DNA of 64,000 nucleotides. Source: Amoebophrya sp. A120 (Eukaryota > Protista > Dinoflagellata). Below are positions 22,301 through 35,192 of the stretch, in pieces; the stretch's first letter is position 1; every line of letters starts with the position of its first letter. The translations under genes and the position numbers were made by a program. The notes beneath the pieces were generated by a model. That model worked only from the letters and a program-made list of their open reading frames with translations. It did not search any database and had not been told where the DNA came from. Location of the stretch: NCBI GenBank assembly GCA_905178155.1, contig CAJINV010000001.1:11577832-11641831 (forward strand), written 5' to 3'.

Positions 22301-24165
22301 TTGCTGACCGAGCCGAAGAACATGTACCCGTTCAAGCGAATCAAAAACACGTGCTGGGACGCGATGTGCTGCAGCATCTGCGTCTCCAGGCGGTCCCGGT
22401 AGTCGCGCGAGAGCGCGTACTCGCCGCTCGTGACCAGCCGCACGCTCGGCATCAGACTGAACTTGTAGATGAACTCTCCCATCGCCAGGCCGACCGCCAA
22501 GAAGGTGGCTGCCAGGATGTTCTGCCCGGACGCGAGGAAGGCGATGGGGACGACGGAAAGTTGGAAAATTTCCTCGATATCAGCGTTCGCGACGGCGAAC
22601 ACGTAGTTGTCGGCGAGCAGGCCGGTGCCGGCGTGCGCGAGGAGCGCGGTGCAGAAAAATCGCGGCACATACTCGACGAAACCCACCCCGGTGCCGACGC
22701 AGATCACAAGCAGGATTATGCCGTAAAACAGCGCTCCCCGGCGGTCCTTCGGGGTGTTCATGATCGTGGCATTGAACACCCCTTGCTCGAACAGCCCGTA
22801 GCCAACCACCCCGCCGCACGCGGCCACGACGAAATTGATGGGACTCAGCATCTTCATCTCGAGGTTGGCATCGACGTCCACTTCCGGCAGGTGCTCATCC
22901 AGTGCCGCGAGCTGCATCACCAGGTCCAAAAACCCGATCAGCATGAGGGGAATCAATTCCACCAGTTCGTGCTTCCAAACTTCCCAATTCACGTCGTCCC
23001 AGTGCGCCTCCAGCCAGTTGGTCTCCCAGTACCAGCTGTACCCATCCGTCTCTTGCGTGTGCGGGAACAGCCAATAAAACTTGCGCAAGTCTTTCTGCTC
23101 CAAGCCGTCGGTAAATTCGAAGAGGCAGAACAGCGAAAAGATCGCGCACGGGATGCCCAGAAAGCAGACAAACAAAATCGGGTGCCGGAGTTGCGGGTAC
23201 TTTTTACTGTGCACGTACTGCTGCGCGAACCAGAGCCCCGACCCCATCGCGGTGGAGACCAAACAGTTCCAAAACTTTTTGTCGTTGATCTTCCAGCTAT
23301 AGTAAAAAACCTTCAGCGAGATGCAGGTCAAAAAGGCCTTCATCACCACCGCGGGCAGGTACTCCGCGACGGACGCCAATCGTGCAGTGGACGCGACGAG
23401 AAACATCACGGCAAACGCCAGCGTGCTGCACAAAATGTTAAAATAGATGGTCGCGCCGATCTCGTTCTGCAAATTGTGGAGAGCTGCTATGTCAGCTGGA
23501 CTCGTTGTACTACTGGAAGATGCAGCCAGCCTGCGGTGCGAGTCGTCGAGGTGGATGCCGCGCTCGTCCTGGATCTTGTGACTGATATGTTCGCTCGCAT
23601 GGGCGAGCAGCGCAACGGGCGTGACGTCCACGCCGCCGATCTGGCAGGGGATCGTCTTGTGGTTCATGGACATGAAGATACTACTCAGCGCACAGGAAAT
23701 CAGGCACATCTTCGTCCCGACCGCAATCCAGTTAGGAATCGGGAACAGCATCGAACTGTACGCAATGCCGAGCCCGAGCGCGATGCAGGCGTTGGTAACG
23801 CCGGAAAGCAGCGCGTACATCAATCTGCCCGGCCCGTTTCCCAAGTGGTGGTGCGCATCGTGCGACAGGTGCGGGTTGTTGCAGGGAATGCGTTGCCGTC
23901 CGTCGCGGACGGCCGCCACCTGTCCGTCGGTGAGGCTGGGCAGCGGCTCGGAAAACGGGACAGGAATACGGTGCTTCTGTTGCCCCGCGACAAGGTCCGT
24001 CTGGGTCTGCAGTCGATTTGGTCCCAGTTTGTCGCTCCGCTCCCCCTCAAGAGACGGATTATTCTTGCTCATACCCGTCAACCGGCCCAACATTCCGCTG
24101 ATACCTCCAGAGCCCTTCTGCTCGCCTACCTCTTCCACCGCCGGCTTTGATGTGGCGCTCTCCAT
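19388..24165 (-). CDS. SulP/SLC26 anion transporter with STAS, cyclic-nucleotide-binding and EF-hand domains; exons 24165-22111 and 21895-19388
   Basis: Multi-TM N-half (GIAYS, QIGGVD), STAS (RLNGYMFFGS..FLILDL..GFDISA..VILCGL), cNMP-binding (VYVIDSGRV..LGHGSL..RNYAVT) and EF-hand loop DESKTGHLNEAE. Canonical intron 22110-21896. Confidence 0.9.
21912..21947. repeat. 18-bp tandem duplication in the SulP intron
   Basis: AATATACTATAACTTTCG x2. Confidence 0.85.
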
Positions 24166-25451
24166 CTTCACCGGAGAAAGAATTTCAATCTAGTAGATTC
24201 AAAAGTAGAGGGGAAGACAGCGAAGAGTATGCGTATGGTAACTTAATAGTGACAAGCCGATGGCCCACTGCGACGCGGTGCGTAAAGGAAAGTCGAAGTG
24301 GCAAATGGGGTGTAATGGTACTTAGTACAACATATGATCAACATGGGTGGGCAATTACTCAAGCTGTTCATGTTATCTAACTGCAATGAGAAATAGAGAT
24401 TCGACTCATGCTACTATCTAAAGTTTACTCGCCTTTTTTTCTTCTTCTGAACGACAGCGAAAATCAAGCAGAGCTAGCACGAAGAGGTTTCAAAACCAGA
24501 TTGGTTTCGAGTGCACGATGAAAAACGTGAACGGCAGAAATGCTGACCAACACCGAAGTATCCAGAAAACATAGTTCAACCGAAAAACACAGTGAACGAT
24601 TAGGTAAGCACGCCTGTACATTTCACGAGGGCGTCATGCCATGGCGGCGAATATGTCGCACGAACCGAGGAAAGAACGGAGTATCAAACCGAGAAAAGCG
24701 TAGTGACAGCAGAAGCAGGACCGAGAAAGTTATGGATGCTACTATTCCACCGAGGAGTTGTAACTACCAAAAAACATCTTATTTTTCGGGTATTTTTCTG
24801 AGGTGGTCTCCTGGCGATTGCCTTGATTAAAGTTTCGCGCAGGGGTTGAAACCATACGATGCAGATGCTCGCTACTGTGCATGAGGAACAGAATATACGA
24901 AGGATGCGCCCGGGTGGCATTATCACAGCAAGCTACGTGCTGCCGACAGCGACGCTGCAGGGTCGCTACTTTCATCATTTCTTATTTTTGCTTTTCTTTC
25001 TTTTTTTTCTCGATTTCGCGCCTCATGCTTATCATGCCAAATATGTTCATCATCGTCTCATTTTTCGACCAGATCTTCTTTCCCGGGGGCAGATTCTCTA
25101 CTTTCCTCTCGAAAGGGTAGAAGAGAAGAACAGAGTAGAATCTTGGGAAAAACAAGATCTGTGTGGTCGAAAAGGGGTCTCCTCAGTCTGCTACAACTGA
25201 TATCATCGCTTGAAGTCTCATATCGGATTTAAACTGTGTCGGTCTGCAGCATCAGGATGCCACTTCGTCAGCAAACCATAGATTTGCGGACTAAATTTGT
25301 CAGTTTCGATAGTATAGATGTTGTGTGTTATGATCAAATCGTCGGTTTATCTTTATCCTGCGTCTCATACCAGCGAATAAACATACGAGTTCGCGAAGTT
25401 GCCCTTGCGAACTTTAAGGAATTCATCGCCAGCAGGAGCCACGGCAAAGCG

Positions 25452-28400
25452 TTATGGCGCCCTGCTTTGGATGACCCAATCGGGAAACCACCCCTCCTCC
25501 GAGAATTTGTCGCTCCGCTTGATGCGCCCGAAAGTCCAGCCAGTTTCGTGCCGCTCTACTACTTCGATCCATTCGCCCTGTCAAATTAATTGGTAAATTT
25601 CGATGTTGAAATATGCCGAATCTTGTTTGCTCAGTCTCTTGCGCTTGCAAATGCATCCATGCGAAGCGGAGTATGTAGGACGAAAAGCAAGATAACAGAC
25701 GTGGAGAAGTGGGCGGAATGAAAAGCGCTATGGAAAAATATAAATACTTATATACCTTCTGGACGCTGAGTTCATTCTCTGAACTCCTGTCGAATGGTGC
25801 GAGCGCTGGCATGTGCGGATGCTGTTTTTTTTTTTTGGCGATTGGACGACGACGACTTCGATTTTTTCAATTCATTTTCAGAAGATCCATCCGTGCGTGC
25901 GCTTAGTGTCTTTTTGTTTAGCAAGGGGTAAGCACAAAAGTAAAGTGTCATCGATGACGCTGAAGTATCTGCTACCTTTGATGGCTCGGGGACTGGTGGC
26001 ACGCGCTGCACGACCCAGGCGGGTACCCAGCCGGAGATCCCTGTAGCTTCATTCCTCACATAGGTCCACCCAGTGGTGTGCTCCTCGATAATCTGCAGTG
26101 ACTGCCCAACCTCTATGTCAATTGTGTTTTCGCCGCGCGGTTCGAAGCGGGATGTGGCGATCCCTTTTTCCGCCGTATCGCGGGTTCCTCGATTTCCGCC
26201 GCCCTTGGTATCCGAGGGAGCTGTTTTAAAGTTTCGTATCCATTGCGAATGATTTCTGTATTTTTGCAGCATCGCTTCATCGACAATGGGCAGCAAAAAA
26301 TCACTATGGCTCGTCGCACAGCTCCGGGAAGTTATACTTGCTAGCCGCGAGGAATCACGTATCGGGGACAGAAGGGAAACCTCAAAAATCTACTTAATTC
26401 ATGCGACTCGCGTGCCGTGCTTTCCCTGCAGTTTTATCCTGCGACCACGACTACGACGGCGAGATTGCTTAATAATAATACCTGGTGCGGGCTGCGTCGT
26501 TCGTTGCTCTTGGTGCGTCGTCGTGTGGACCTGTTGCGTTGTGGACTGCCCGTTGGAGTTAACCACCGTCACATTCACGGTCACATTTGTCTGCTGATGT
26601 TGCGAAATCGCGGGGGGTGCCTGTCGATTTATGTTGGTTTCAGCCTATTTTCATTATATCAAGGAACTCAGCAAATGTTCAGCATCCATCGATATGCAGC
26701 TTCCAAAGTAAGTTTAGTATACATAGTACGACAAAAGTCTTTTGGTTTTGCTTGGTCGTGCCATCAAGAACATCATCAAGCCAATCAACGTGTGTCGTGT
26801 AGTCGCTTCTTCTACCTCTAGGTGGGCGAGATACATCAACTTAACGTAGTGCATCAGTAAACAAGGATCAGGAGGAAATACCGGTGGCTGATGCTGCACA
26901 GGCTTTGGAACCTGCGCGGGTTTTTGGGGTAGATCGTTGGTTGAGGTTCCGTTGGTACTGGTGATGGGTAGATGTAACTCCTTGGGCGCAGCTTCCGTGG
27001 GTGCAGGCGTCGGTAGCGCGGGCACAACAACGGGTGCCGCCGCCGCGGGTGCGGGGGGCTGTTTGTTCTTCGTTTTCGTAGTTGCTGCTTTCGTGCTCTT
27101 TGTGGGCGCACTGCTGGTGGCCGGCGCCGCGGGGGTGGGGGCGGTCGGCTGGATTCCTGGCGGCGGCCCGGAAGCTGGTGGCTCGGTCGCGGGAGTTGGA
27201 GCAGGTGCTGGTGGCTCGATCGCGGGAGTTGGAGCAGGCGGCGCCGAGGGCTGCTTCGCCGTTGAGCTATTCTTGCTATTCGCCACGGGCTTTGGTTCCG
27301 GGGACTTGACCACCTGTTTCGTGTTTGCTGGCGGAGCAGGCATGCAGATCGGCTGCGTCTCGCCCTTACAATTCTGTATGTGTGTCTGGTAGTGCTGGTA
27401 CTCCCCGATCCACTCGCACGTTTTACCCTTTTCGACCTGATATTCATATTTAGAGAAAATCAATTTATTTCGTATCATTTGCGATGCACTTCATTCTTTT
27501 CCTCGTCATCATCTTGGGCTCCGCTCCCCCAAAACAACAGCAAAATGACAAGTAAGTACCTTCGGATGATTTGCGCACATCACTTTCAAGCTGGATAGCA
27601 TCCGCCAAAGCAGCACGTGCTCGGACTGGGTTGCGGCTGGGCCGATGGGGTAGAGGTCCAACGGGTCGTTTAGTGGTGTCTTACACACAGGACACGGAAC
27701 TTTGTCTGTGGTTTTGTTTGGGGATTCAAATTTGGTTTTGCTTTTGGTGTGTCTTTATCTTTTTTAAACAATGTTGATGCCAATGTTTTACAAGTTTACT
27801 CGTTCAGTATCAATTGCTCAGCTCTGCAGTTCTGAAAGTCACTGGAGTTCCTTCTTCGAGTACGCGACAAAAGAAAAGCAGCACCCTCGAGGACTAGGCT
27901 AAGCAAAGTTTCCGAAATAAATCAATCCAAGTACGTGCGAGCACATCCCCCGCGGTTTTTGCTCGTTGCGCCCAGGTTTGGATTTCCGGGTGCTGGTCAA
28001 ACCACTGGCCGAGGCAATCGCCGCAGAATAAGTGCGAGCATTTGGTGAGTTTCGGACTGCAGCCAACCACGTGCACATAGCAGATCTTGCAGATAAACTC
28101 CTCTGCCTCCTGCACGAGCTGGTCCTCGCTTATTTTCTGCTCCCCGTCCTCCCCGATAACCCGCTTCTTTTTTTCCAGGTCCTTTCCCAAGTTCTTTTGC
28201 GCTGCGGGGTTATGCGACACTTTTTTTGCTGCGGCGGCCTTTTTTGCCTTTGCCTTCTTGTCCGAGCCGCCGAGCATACACTTCTCCGCTACTTCAGAGT
28301 CCTTATCGGCGAGGAGGGCCTTCTTCGATTGTGCCACCTCCTGCTCTGCAGCGTATCTGTCAAGCAACGTGGAGAAAGAAATGAAAAATACGTTGCGAGA

Positions 28401-29537
28401 AAAAAGTAGTGGTCTTGCAATGAATCCTTCGCTGTGCGTGTGACGGAGAAAAAAACTTGGCTTGCAGTCGCCGTCGTCATCATTATCAAACAAAACTGAA
28501 TAAACTTTATCAAGTACGCGTCTATGTCGAAGTTGTCGTAGAGCGCCTCGTCGTGGTAGTAATCTGCTTCTGTGCCGCATTCCAAGTAGTACTCCACACT
28601 TTCCTTGATGACCGCGAGTTCCGACAGGTCAAGAGTATCATTGTCGCACGCACGCAAGAGACACTCCAGTTTTCCGATGTGCCATTCGTGCCGCTCCTTG
28701 AAACGTCGCTTCCTGAAGTAGTTGTAGTTGATTTCAGCGTTATTCACGTCGGCAATATCTTGCCACAAAAAACGCGTTCTCCTAGCCCAAATTCTCTGAC
28801 CTTCTCCTTATGCAGCCCCGTAAATCTAGTCACTCACTACGCGAAAGCAAAATCAAAAAGCAACAGAAAAAAAAAAGTATCTATTCTACTCTTCGGCTTC
28901 GTCCTTTTCTCTGGCTGATGGATTTTTCTTGGACAGGACAGATTCGATGTCGGCCTCAAACATTTCAATGCCCTCATTGAGCCCATCTGTAAAATTTGAT
29001 TTATTTGTTGTTGATTTTTTTCTAGAAGTAGAAGTAGGGCTTCCCATTCCTGCATTTTTGCATGTAGTAGACCGCTGCAACTACAAAAGGGAAATCGACA
29101 AAAACAAAAATGATGTGAAAAATCAGCAGAGTACCAAGCTGTTTTCGAAGCCAATCTTCTGCGTCGCGTTTTTCCTGAGTGTCTAAGTCCTCCTCTTCGT
29201 CCTTTGCCAGGGCGAAAGTTGAGTATGCTTTTGTTTTCAGCTCGCGCTCAAACTCCTTGAATCGCTGCATATTGAACTCGATTCGCTTCCTTGCCGACTC
29301 CAGCTTGTCCTTGTTTTTCACCTCGGACATGCCGATCCATTCTCGGATCTGCACACGAAACCGCTGCAGCTTGTTTATCGCCTTTTTCAACTCCTCGCCG
29401 AGTTTCTCTTTGTTCGACTGGTTCGAACTGCTGTTCGCGTCGTCCCAGACGGTGTCAAACTCTATTATCCCATCGTCGACCTTTTTCAAGGTCATTTCGA
29501 TCTCCTTCTGGAGCTTCCTCGCCGCCGCAGCCGCCAT
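25452..29537 (-). CDS. NOT3/CNOT3 N-terminal domain fused to RING finger, TRAF-like Zn finger, Pro-rich linker and two SH3 domains (~10 exons)
   Basis: RKLQKEI...KKVDDG...ELKTKAYS and HEWHIGKLE..YDNF (Not3 domain); CKIC...CSHLFCGDC...CPVC (RING); LKVMCANHPK...CEWIG...HIQNC; SH3 #1 at ~26160-26010 and SH3 #2 at ~25810-25465. Exons join through in-frame GT-AG introns. Confidence 0.85.
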
Positions 29538-30569
29538 GGCGTCCGGCTGCTCTCGTCAAGAACGGCGGGAGAGCCGGTCTTGTCAGGAGTTTGCTTCACG
29601 CGGCACGAAAAAACGTGCTGGCCCGTATTTTGCAGTTGGTCTTGTTTGCGTACGTTCTTTGCCAGCAGACGAAACCCGCTGACATTCGGTGGTCGGCGGC
29701 TCTCTCTCCCGAGCAGCTGAGCGCTTGCGCGAAGAAGGAGGTAGTTCCCCCGATCACCAGTGGACACCGGCTTGTTTTTCACTCGTGCGACTCCTAGTCC
29801 CGCTGGTCTTGGTATAATTTCTGTTTGTCACAATGTCGTGAAGAAACAGAGCGGCGGTGCGTGTTGCGCCCGTCTCTCGTCCCGAAGGCCTGGAGGAAGG
29901 GCTGGCTGCTGGCGGGCTGCTAGCTTAGTTTTCGCGAAACGATTCTCTGGGCTTTGGTAATCGTATTGATGCTGCGATTGAATTTGAAGCTCGTGTTCGA
30001 GGACTTCTTCCGGATAATATATGAATCTTTATCTTATCCGTAGCCGTACAGTATAGAAGTTTTTTTGGAATATAGGATTGGTTTTTCTTGTAGTTATTGT
30101 TTATTCGTTGTTTGATAGATGTTTTGTCAATATGTTCGTTTTTGATCAAGATGGTATACAACAAAAGTCAGCAAATTGTGGTACTTTATTCTTGTAGACA
30201 CACTCGATTCAATTTCACTTACAAATCATAGTTCATAACTGTGAATTCCTTCTTACTCCAAGAAATGTATACTGTTACTCGAAAGCGGGTATAGAAATAG
30301 AATATCCGAGTCTATTTTTATACAGATAGAAGAGACGATCTCCAAACTTATTTCCTGCTTCAACAAACCAGTCCTGATGTCAAAAGAGATGCCAAGAGGG
30401 TGCAAAGTTGTAGTTGTACAGATTATTTTTACAAGCAAATGTTGTCAAGAAGAAGATCGCTACTTCCACAAGAATAAGCAAATTCAAATTTTGTAGTTGG
30501 ATCGACAGCAAATCATAAAGTAAGCATCCATTGGGTTATGGGTTGCTGTTCCAATAATTTGCTTCCAAT

Positions 30570-32219
30570 TTAGCATTTCATCTTCGTCTTGTTCCATGCA
30601 ATAGCATTTGGTTCATTTTTAGCATAGAAAAAATTCCACCGACGGGCTTCTGATCTTGGATCTTTCGTATAGATCTCTTTATTACGGGAAAAAAAAACTG
30701 CTACGTTTTTCAAAGGAGCATTCATTTTCGTCAAGTAGTACCATTTTCGAAAAAACGCACTCGTTGAGTTTGATTTTCGGATCATCTTCTTGTTCCTCCT
30801 GCAAATTTGTTTTTGTAGGCTATTAATATGCTTCTTGTGCTTCCATTTTTTATTACATCTCACGCATCGGGCCGAGACTGTGAGGCGCAATGTCGACGCG
30901 TGCATCTCTATTGTCTTGGGCTTCATGCGCTCTGTCCCTGTCGTGCTTGTCTTTTCTTTTTTCCATATCGATATAATTCCTTGCGCTCATTCGCGTAGAT
31001 ATTTGTGAATAAATTCACTTTTCTTCTGGTTGCATTTACTTCAAAAAAATGTGATACTCCTCGGGTACTACCTTCGCACGATATCTCTAGCTTTTTTTGC
31101 CTGGCGTTTCGTATCCTGCTCTCGCTTTCAATTGTAACATATGCTTTCACTGGGCGGTGGCACGTAGTAGAGGGGCAGCTCGAGCCACCATCTCAGGCGA
31201 GCGGCGCGCGCGGAACTTTCTGACACAATCGCAGAGAAGCTCTTTCAAGGTACTAAGGTTGCCCAAAAAGCAAGCGAACTGTATCCCCTCCTGCAGAGCC
31301 ACCAACTCCGACGAGTCCGATGATTGTTGGGCGCAAGTTATTAATTTGGTACGTCAACGTCTGCCGATCCCCTATATTCACGTCGTTCACGACAGCAGCG
31401 GCGAGGCGGCGGAGGGTCCTTGCGTACCAACTCCGGGGGCGCAAGAGGACTTCTACGAAGGAGCGTCTTTGGGAACACATCTGGGATCACGGCGTCGCAG
31501 GTTCTCCAAGCTATTCGGCGTTGCAAGCGTTTCCAAAGTTATTATTTTACCTCTTTGTAACGCGGAAGATACTAGCGCTAATTGGTGGCTTGTGCTTGCG
31601 TAGGAAGTGGAATACAGAATCTCTTTGAATTCATCGTATTCGGCTGCGGATAATACCACAAAAAAAACGGATGGGCACCCAACTTAGTAACATCCGGCGA
31701 CGTCAGGAATTTGACGTTATCAATTCTCTTCAGAAAATCCCGCTTGGTCTGGGTCAGGCTCAGGAAACAAAGAACGAAGAGCAAATGGCTATTGTGGTAG
31801 AAGTCTGCGATGTTTACACGTCCATTCTTGCCAATAATTTCGACACAAAAAAAGTACATAATGACCAAAAGAAGCTAAAAAAGAAGTGCGAACAACAACA
31901 GAAGTAGATGTTGTGAAAGTCAATAAAAAGCGAAGCAAAATTAAGAAAAAAAGTGGAGGTGCAGTCTTCTCGGTCTCGATATTTTTCGAAACTTGGGAAA
32001 ACTGAAGGCATAGACCAGGAGCGGCAATAAAAGTAACGCTCCACCAAAGTGGTTGGCAAACCGCAGACACAGCCAGAGCGAGTGTTGTAACTTACTGTAA
32101 ATATCAATATTCTCATCATCTGGAATATCAATATCTTTTATCTGCCGACTCGCCACCCTAAAGGCTTCGCTCCTAAAAAAGCTTGAGCTGCGTGCGCGGA
32201 TTGTAGCAGTGACGTGCAT
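30570..32219 (-). CDS. possible multi-exon hypothetical protein (structure unresolved)
   Basis: Several GC-richer exon-like blocks (~32219-32095, ~31760-31620, ~31560-31255, ~30930-30860) separated by AT-rich stretches. No recognisable domain. Confidence 0.3.
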
Positions 32220-32369
32220 TTGCGTAAGTGATAAAATAGATCGAACAATTCTGAAAATTTTTTTCGATGTGCGCTTTACCGTCGCGCAAATTCGAATGTA
32301 ATGTAAGTGCGATATTTACTCTGGTTGAAGAAAGTGTGTGAAAAAAACAAAGAAAAAAACCGAGGGTCG

Positions 32370-35192
32370 CTACTGACGGTAATTGCCGCTATTCCGGTTG
32401 TTCAGGGACGTCGTGGTTTCATCCAAATTTCCCGGCCGCTCAAACATGGAAATTCGCGCTTTCACGTTTCCAGTTAGGCGCTTTCGTGGGGAATTCTCAC
32501 CCTCCTTTTCTTCCAGTACCCTGAAAAAGCAAACAATAACGGTTCGCATCATGCAATTACAATTGAAGTAGCTCTAGATAGTTGGCCCGAAACGGCTTCA
32601 CGGTCTTCAGACTTCCATTTCAAAACGCACCGCACGAAATCGAAACAAACAGAAACATACAAACTTGAACATGTTCTGCACCATCTGCTTTGAAAATATT
32701 ACTATACCCTGGCGATCCCTCCTTGAAGACTTCCCGCGTAGGCGGGGGCAGGTTGGGCTTGATTTCGGCCAGGGGCGCTTGATTTTCGTCATCGTTGTAA
32801 AAACTGTCATCGTGCCCCCCGGCGCCCCTGTGACTGGCAGGAGTCGAGATGACACCTGCAATCGAAAACACTCAAGTGAAGAGCAGAAGGGCGAATCTAT
32901 TCTTGTTGATGCACGACGCTCATTGATTCATGTCAATCTTTCTTCTTCTTCATGCAAAAGTTGTAATTGCGACTCGCTGCTCGGAGGAAAATTCAGAAAA
33001 AAATTCAAGGAAAAAAGACGTGTAGCCGCAAGCCTCGGAAATGAAGTAAAGAATACTGTTCCGATTTCTCGTACTGAACGCCCCCGTTGTTCGTCGCTCC
33101 TTGGGTGGCAAATTGAACAGTCCACGGAGTCGTTGAAAAATGTAGGACAGGTCCTCATCGGACTCCAGGATCTAAAAGATAAAGAATCATGATAGATTGC
33201 ATAAAAGTTTCGTGAAAGCGCTCAGAGACAAAACAGATGTGGATTTCTTGCATTCCAAAAAAGCTGCGTGCAAAAGTAGGGGTGACAGCGGACGCGACAG
33301 AGCCGGGCTAAAGAAGAAGTCATACATAAGTGCTTAATCTATGAGGCGATCTACGTCTTCGTACCTGTTGACACTGCCGTTGTTGCGCCTGGACCTCTGA
33401 CAATTTCTTTTGCAATCGAGACACCTCAGCTTGCAGGGGATGGTCCTTCGTCTTGTTGGCAAACATCGACTTGACCTGTGATCATCATTAACATCATCAT
33501 GTCGAGCTTCTTTCGTGCTCGTGATTATGTTAGGGCCTAATAACTGCTGTACACTTAAGGGAGCTCTCGCTACTGGTATCCATTGGCTTAGCACTTATCA
33601 CTTTCTTGCGATGTGGTCGCACAAATGAGCACAGCAGGCCGCTTTCTTAGTAGATACCTCGTCGAACCGCGGCGGCAGGGACTCCGGATCGAACCCACCA
33701 TCCTCAATGCCCTGTATCTGCCGCTCGTCCATTTTTTCGTTCCACCTTCCCTGGATAAAATCGACCATGTTCAGACGCTTTTTGTACCCCTTCTGCTCTA
33801 TTTCGATCATGTCACTGCGCATGGAATCGATCTGCGCTAGCCTCTGCTGCAGTTCGTTCTTGATCTTTCGGTTTTCTGCCTCCAGCTTCTTCACCGTCTC
33901 AGACCGACCGGGGGATGGGACTTTCACGCCAGCACTGTTGTGTGTTTTTCATTTTTTCCACGTCCACTAGACAAACCTTCTGCTTTATTGCACTTAACGA
34001 AGCTGGTCTCAGCTTTATTCTTGCGCATTGGTATTTCCTTCAGAAGATAGAAGTGGATGCATAAGCCGTACTTGGCCCGCTAAAAAAAGTTCTTTTTGTT
34101 CGCAGATATATGATCACGTATACTAGATTATACGGATTGGAATTCCGTGGCTTCGAGGGCGTTGAGCATTCCGTTTGCCCTGTAATCTGGTCTCGATCAT
34201 AATCCGGCTCTATTCCCCCCGCCGCGCCACGGGAATCTCGACGATAGGTGTTCGAGAGTCTCTGCTGTCTCGAGCTGGACGGCCTCGGGTCGGTCAGCGT
34301 CCGCTTGCTTGTCGTTGTCGTGCTTGTCCGGCTGCCACGAAAGGCTTCCCCCTGTGGCTCGTATTCGTACTTCCGTGTAGCCGTGCTGCCGCGGGACGCC
34401 GAATCGCGGTGTGGCTCCCGTTCGGAGGTCGAGTACCGACTGTAGGAAGACCGTTCCGGCTCGCGGTAGGAGTTCATCTGTGCAGACGTTCTGGTCGTGG
34501 CGCTCTGCCGAAAGCCCGTACTATCTTCCTCCCGCCGGGCAGCGTAGCGCTGCGCCGCGCGTTCCTCCTGGCGGCGCTTCTTCTCGAGGAGGTTCTGCTC
34601 CTCGGACGCGGAAAGCCGCTTGACGATGCAACCTACGTCGCGAGGGTGTAAAGGATCCTAACATAAGTTAGTACGCCGAGAATGAACACATGATAACTGC
34701 AGCCGCACTTTGCTTTCTTCATGACGACAGAGGATGACATTACCATCAGGACACCGGCGACACAAATCATAAGTTGTGGCCCCAAGCAAGTAAGCCTAAA
34801 TGCCTGAGCAATCAACATTCGCATTCCAATACCTGGAAACCATCCTGTGCTCTGCGCGGATTCCTCGTAGAGATGACCACCCCACCATTCCGAGTTCCCG
34901 TCGATCTCAACCACCCGAATGATATCTCCGACTTTCACCTCGAGCGTGTTGTCACCTGTGGAATGAATTTTTCGAGCCTGGGCGAGTGAATACTTCCTCG
35001 TGCTCGTCAGGCAGCTAATTTGGCGGGTCACATTTTTAGCTTTACTTAGAAGCAGTCCTTGTGGTTGTGTTTGTGATGTCTGTCAGAATAAGCAATAGCG
35101 GCCAGCATCGCAGAATCATGGGAAGGAAAGGATGTACCTCCATCTGAAAACGCGCGCACAGCTTTTGCGTAAAAGCACCGATCCTCAGACAT
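32370..35192 (-). CDS. N-terminal SH3 domain protein with low-complexity region and coiled coil (7 exons)
   Basis: Spliced MSEDRCFYAKAVRAFSDG|GDNTLEVKVGDIIRVV..EWWGG..TGWFP|GCIVKRL forms an SH3 domain. Later exons (~33930-33658, ~33172-33073, ~32854-32708, 32520-32370) join in frame through GT-AG introns. Confidence 0.8.

Noticed and set aside
22249-24150. 633-aa + strand ORF (and similar long antisense or alternate-frame ORFs at 5467-6477, 44435-45709, 44749-45945 and 51997-52848)
   Set aside because: These are shadow ORFs over GC-rich coding exons with strong codon bias, and they have no domain motifs.
27160-27245. Near-tandem DNA repeat
   Set aside because: It simply encodes the PAPTPA(I/T)EPPA peptide repeat in the Pro-rich linker.
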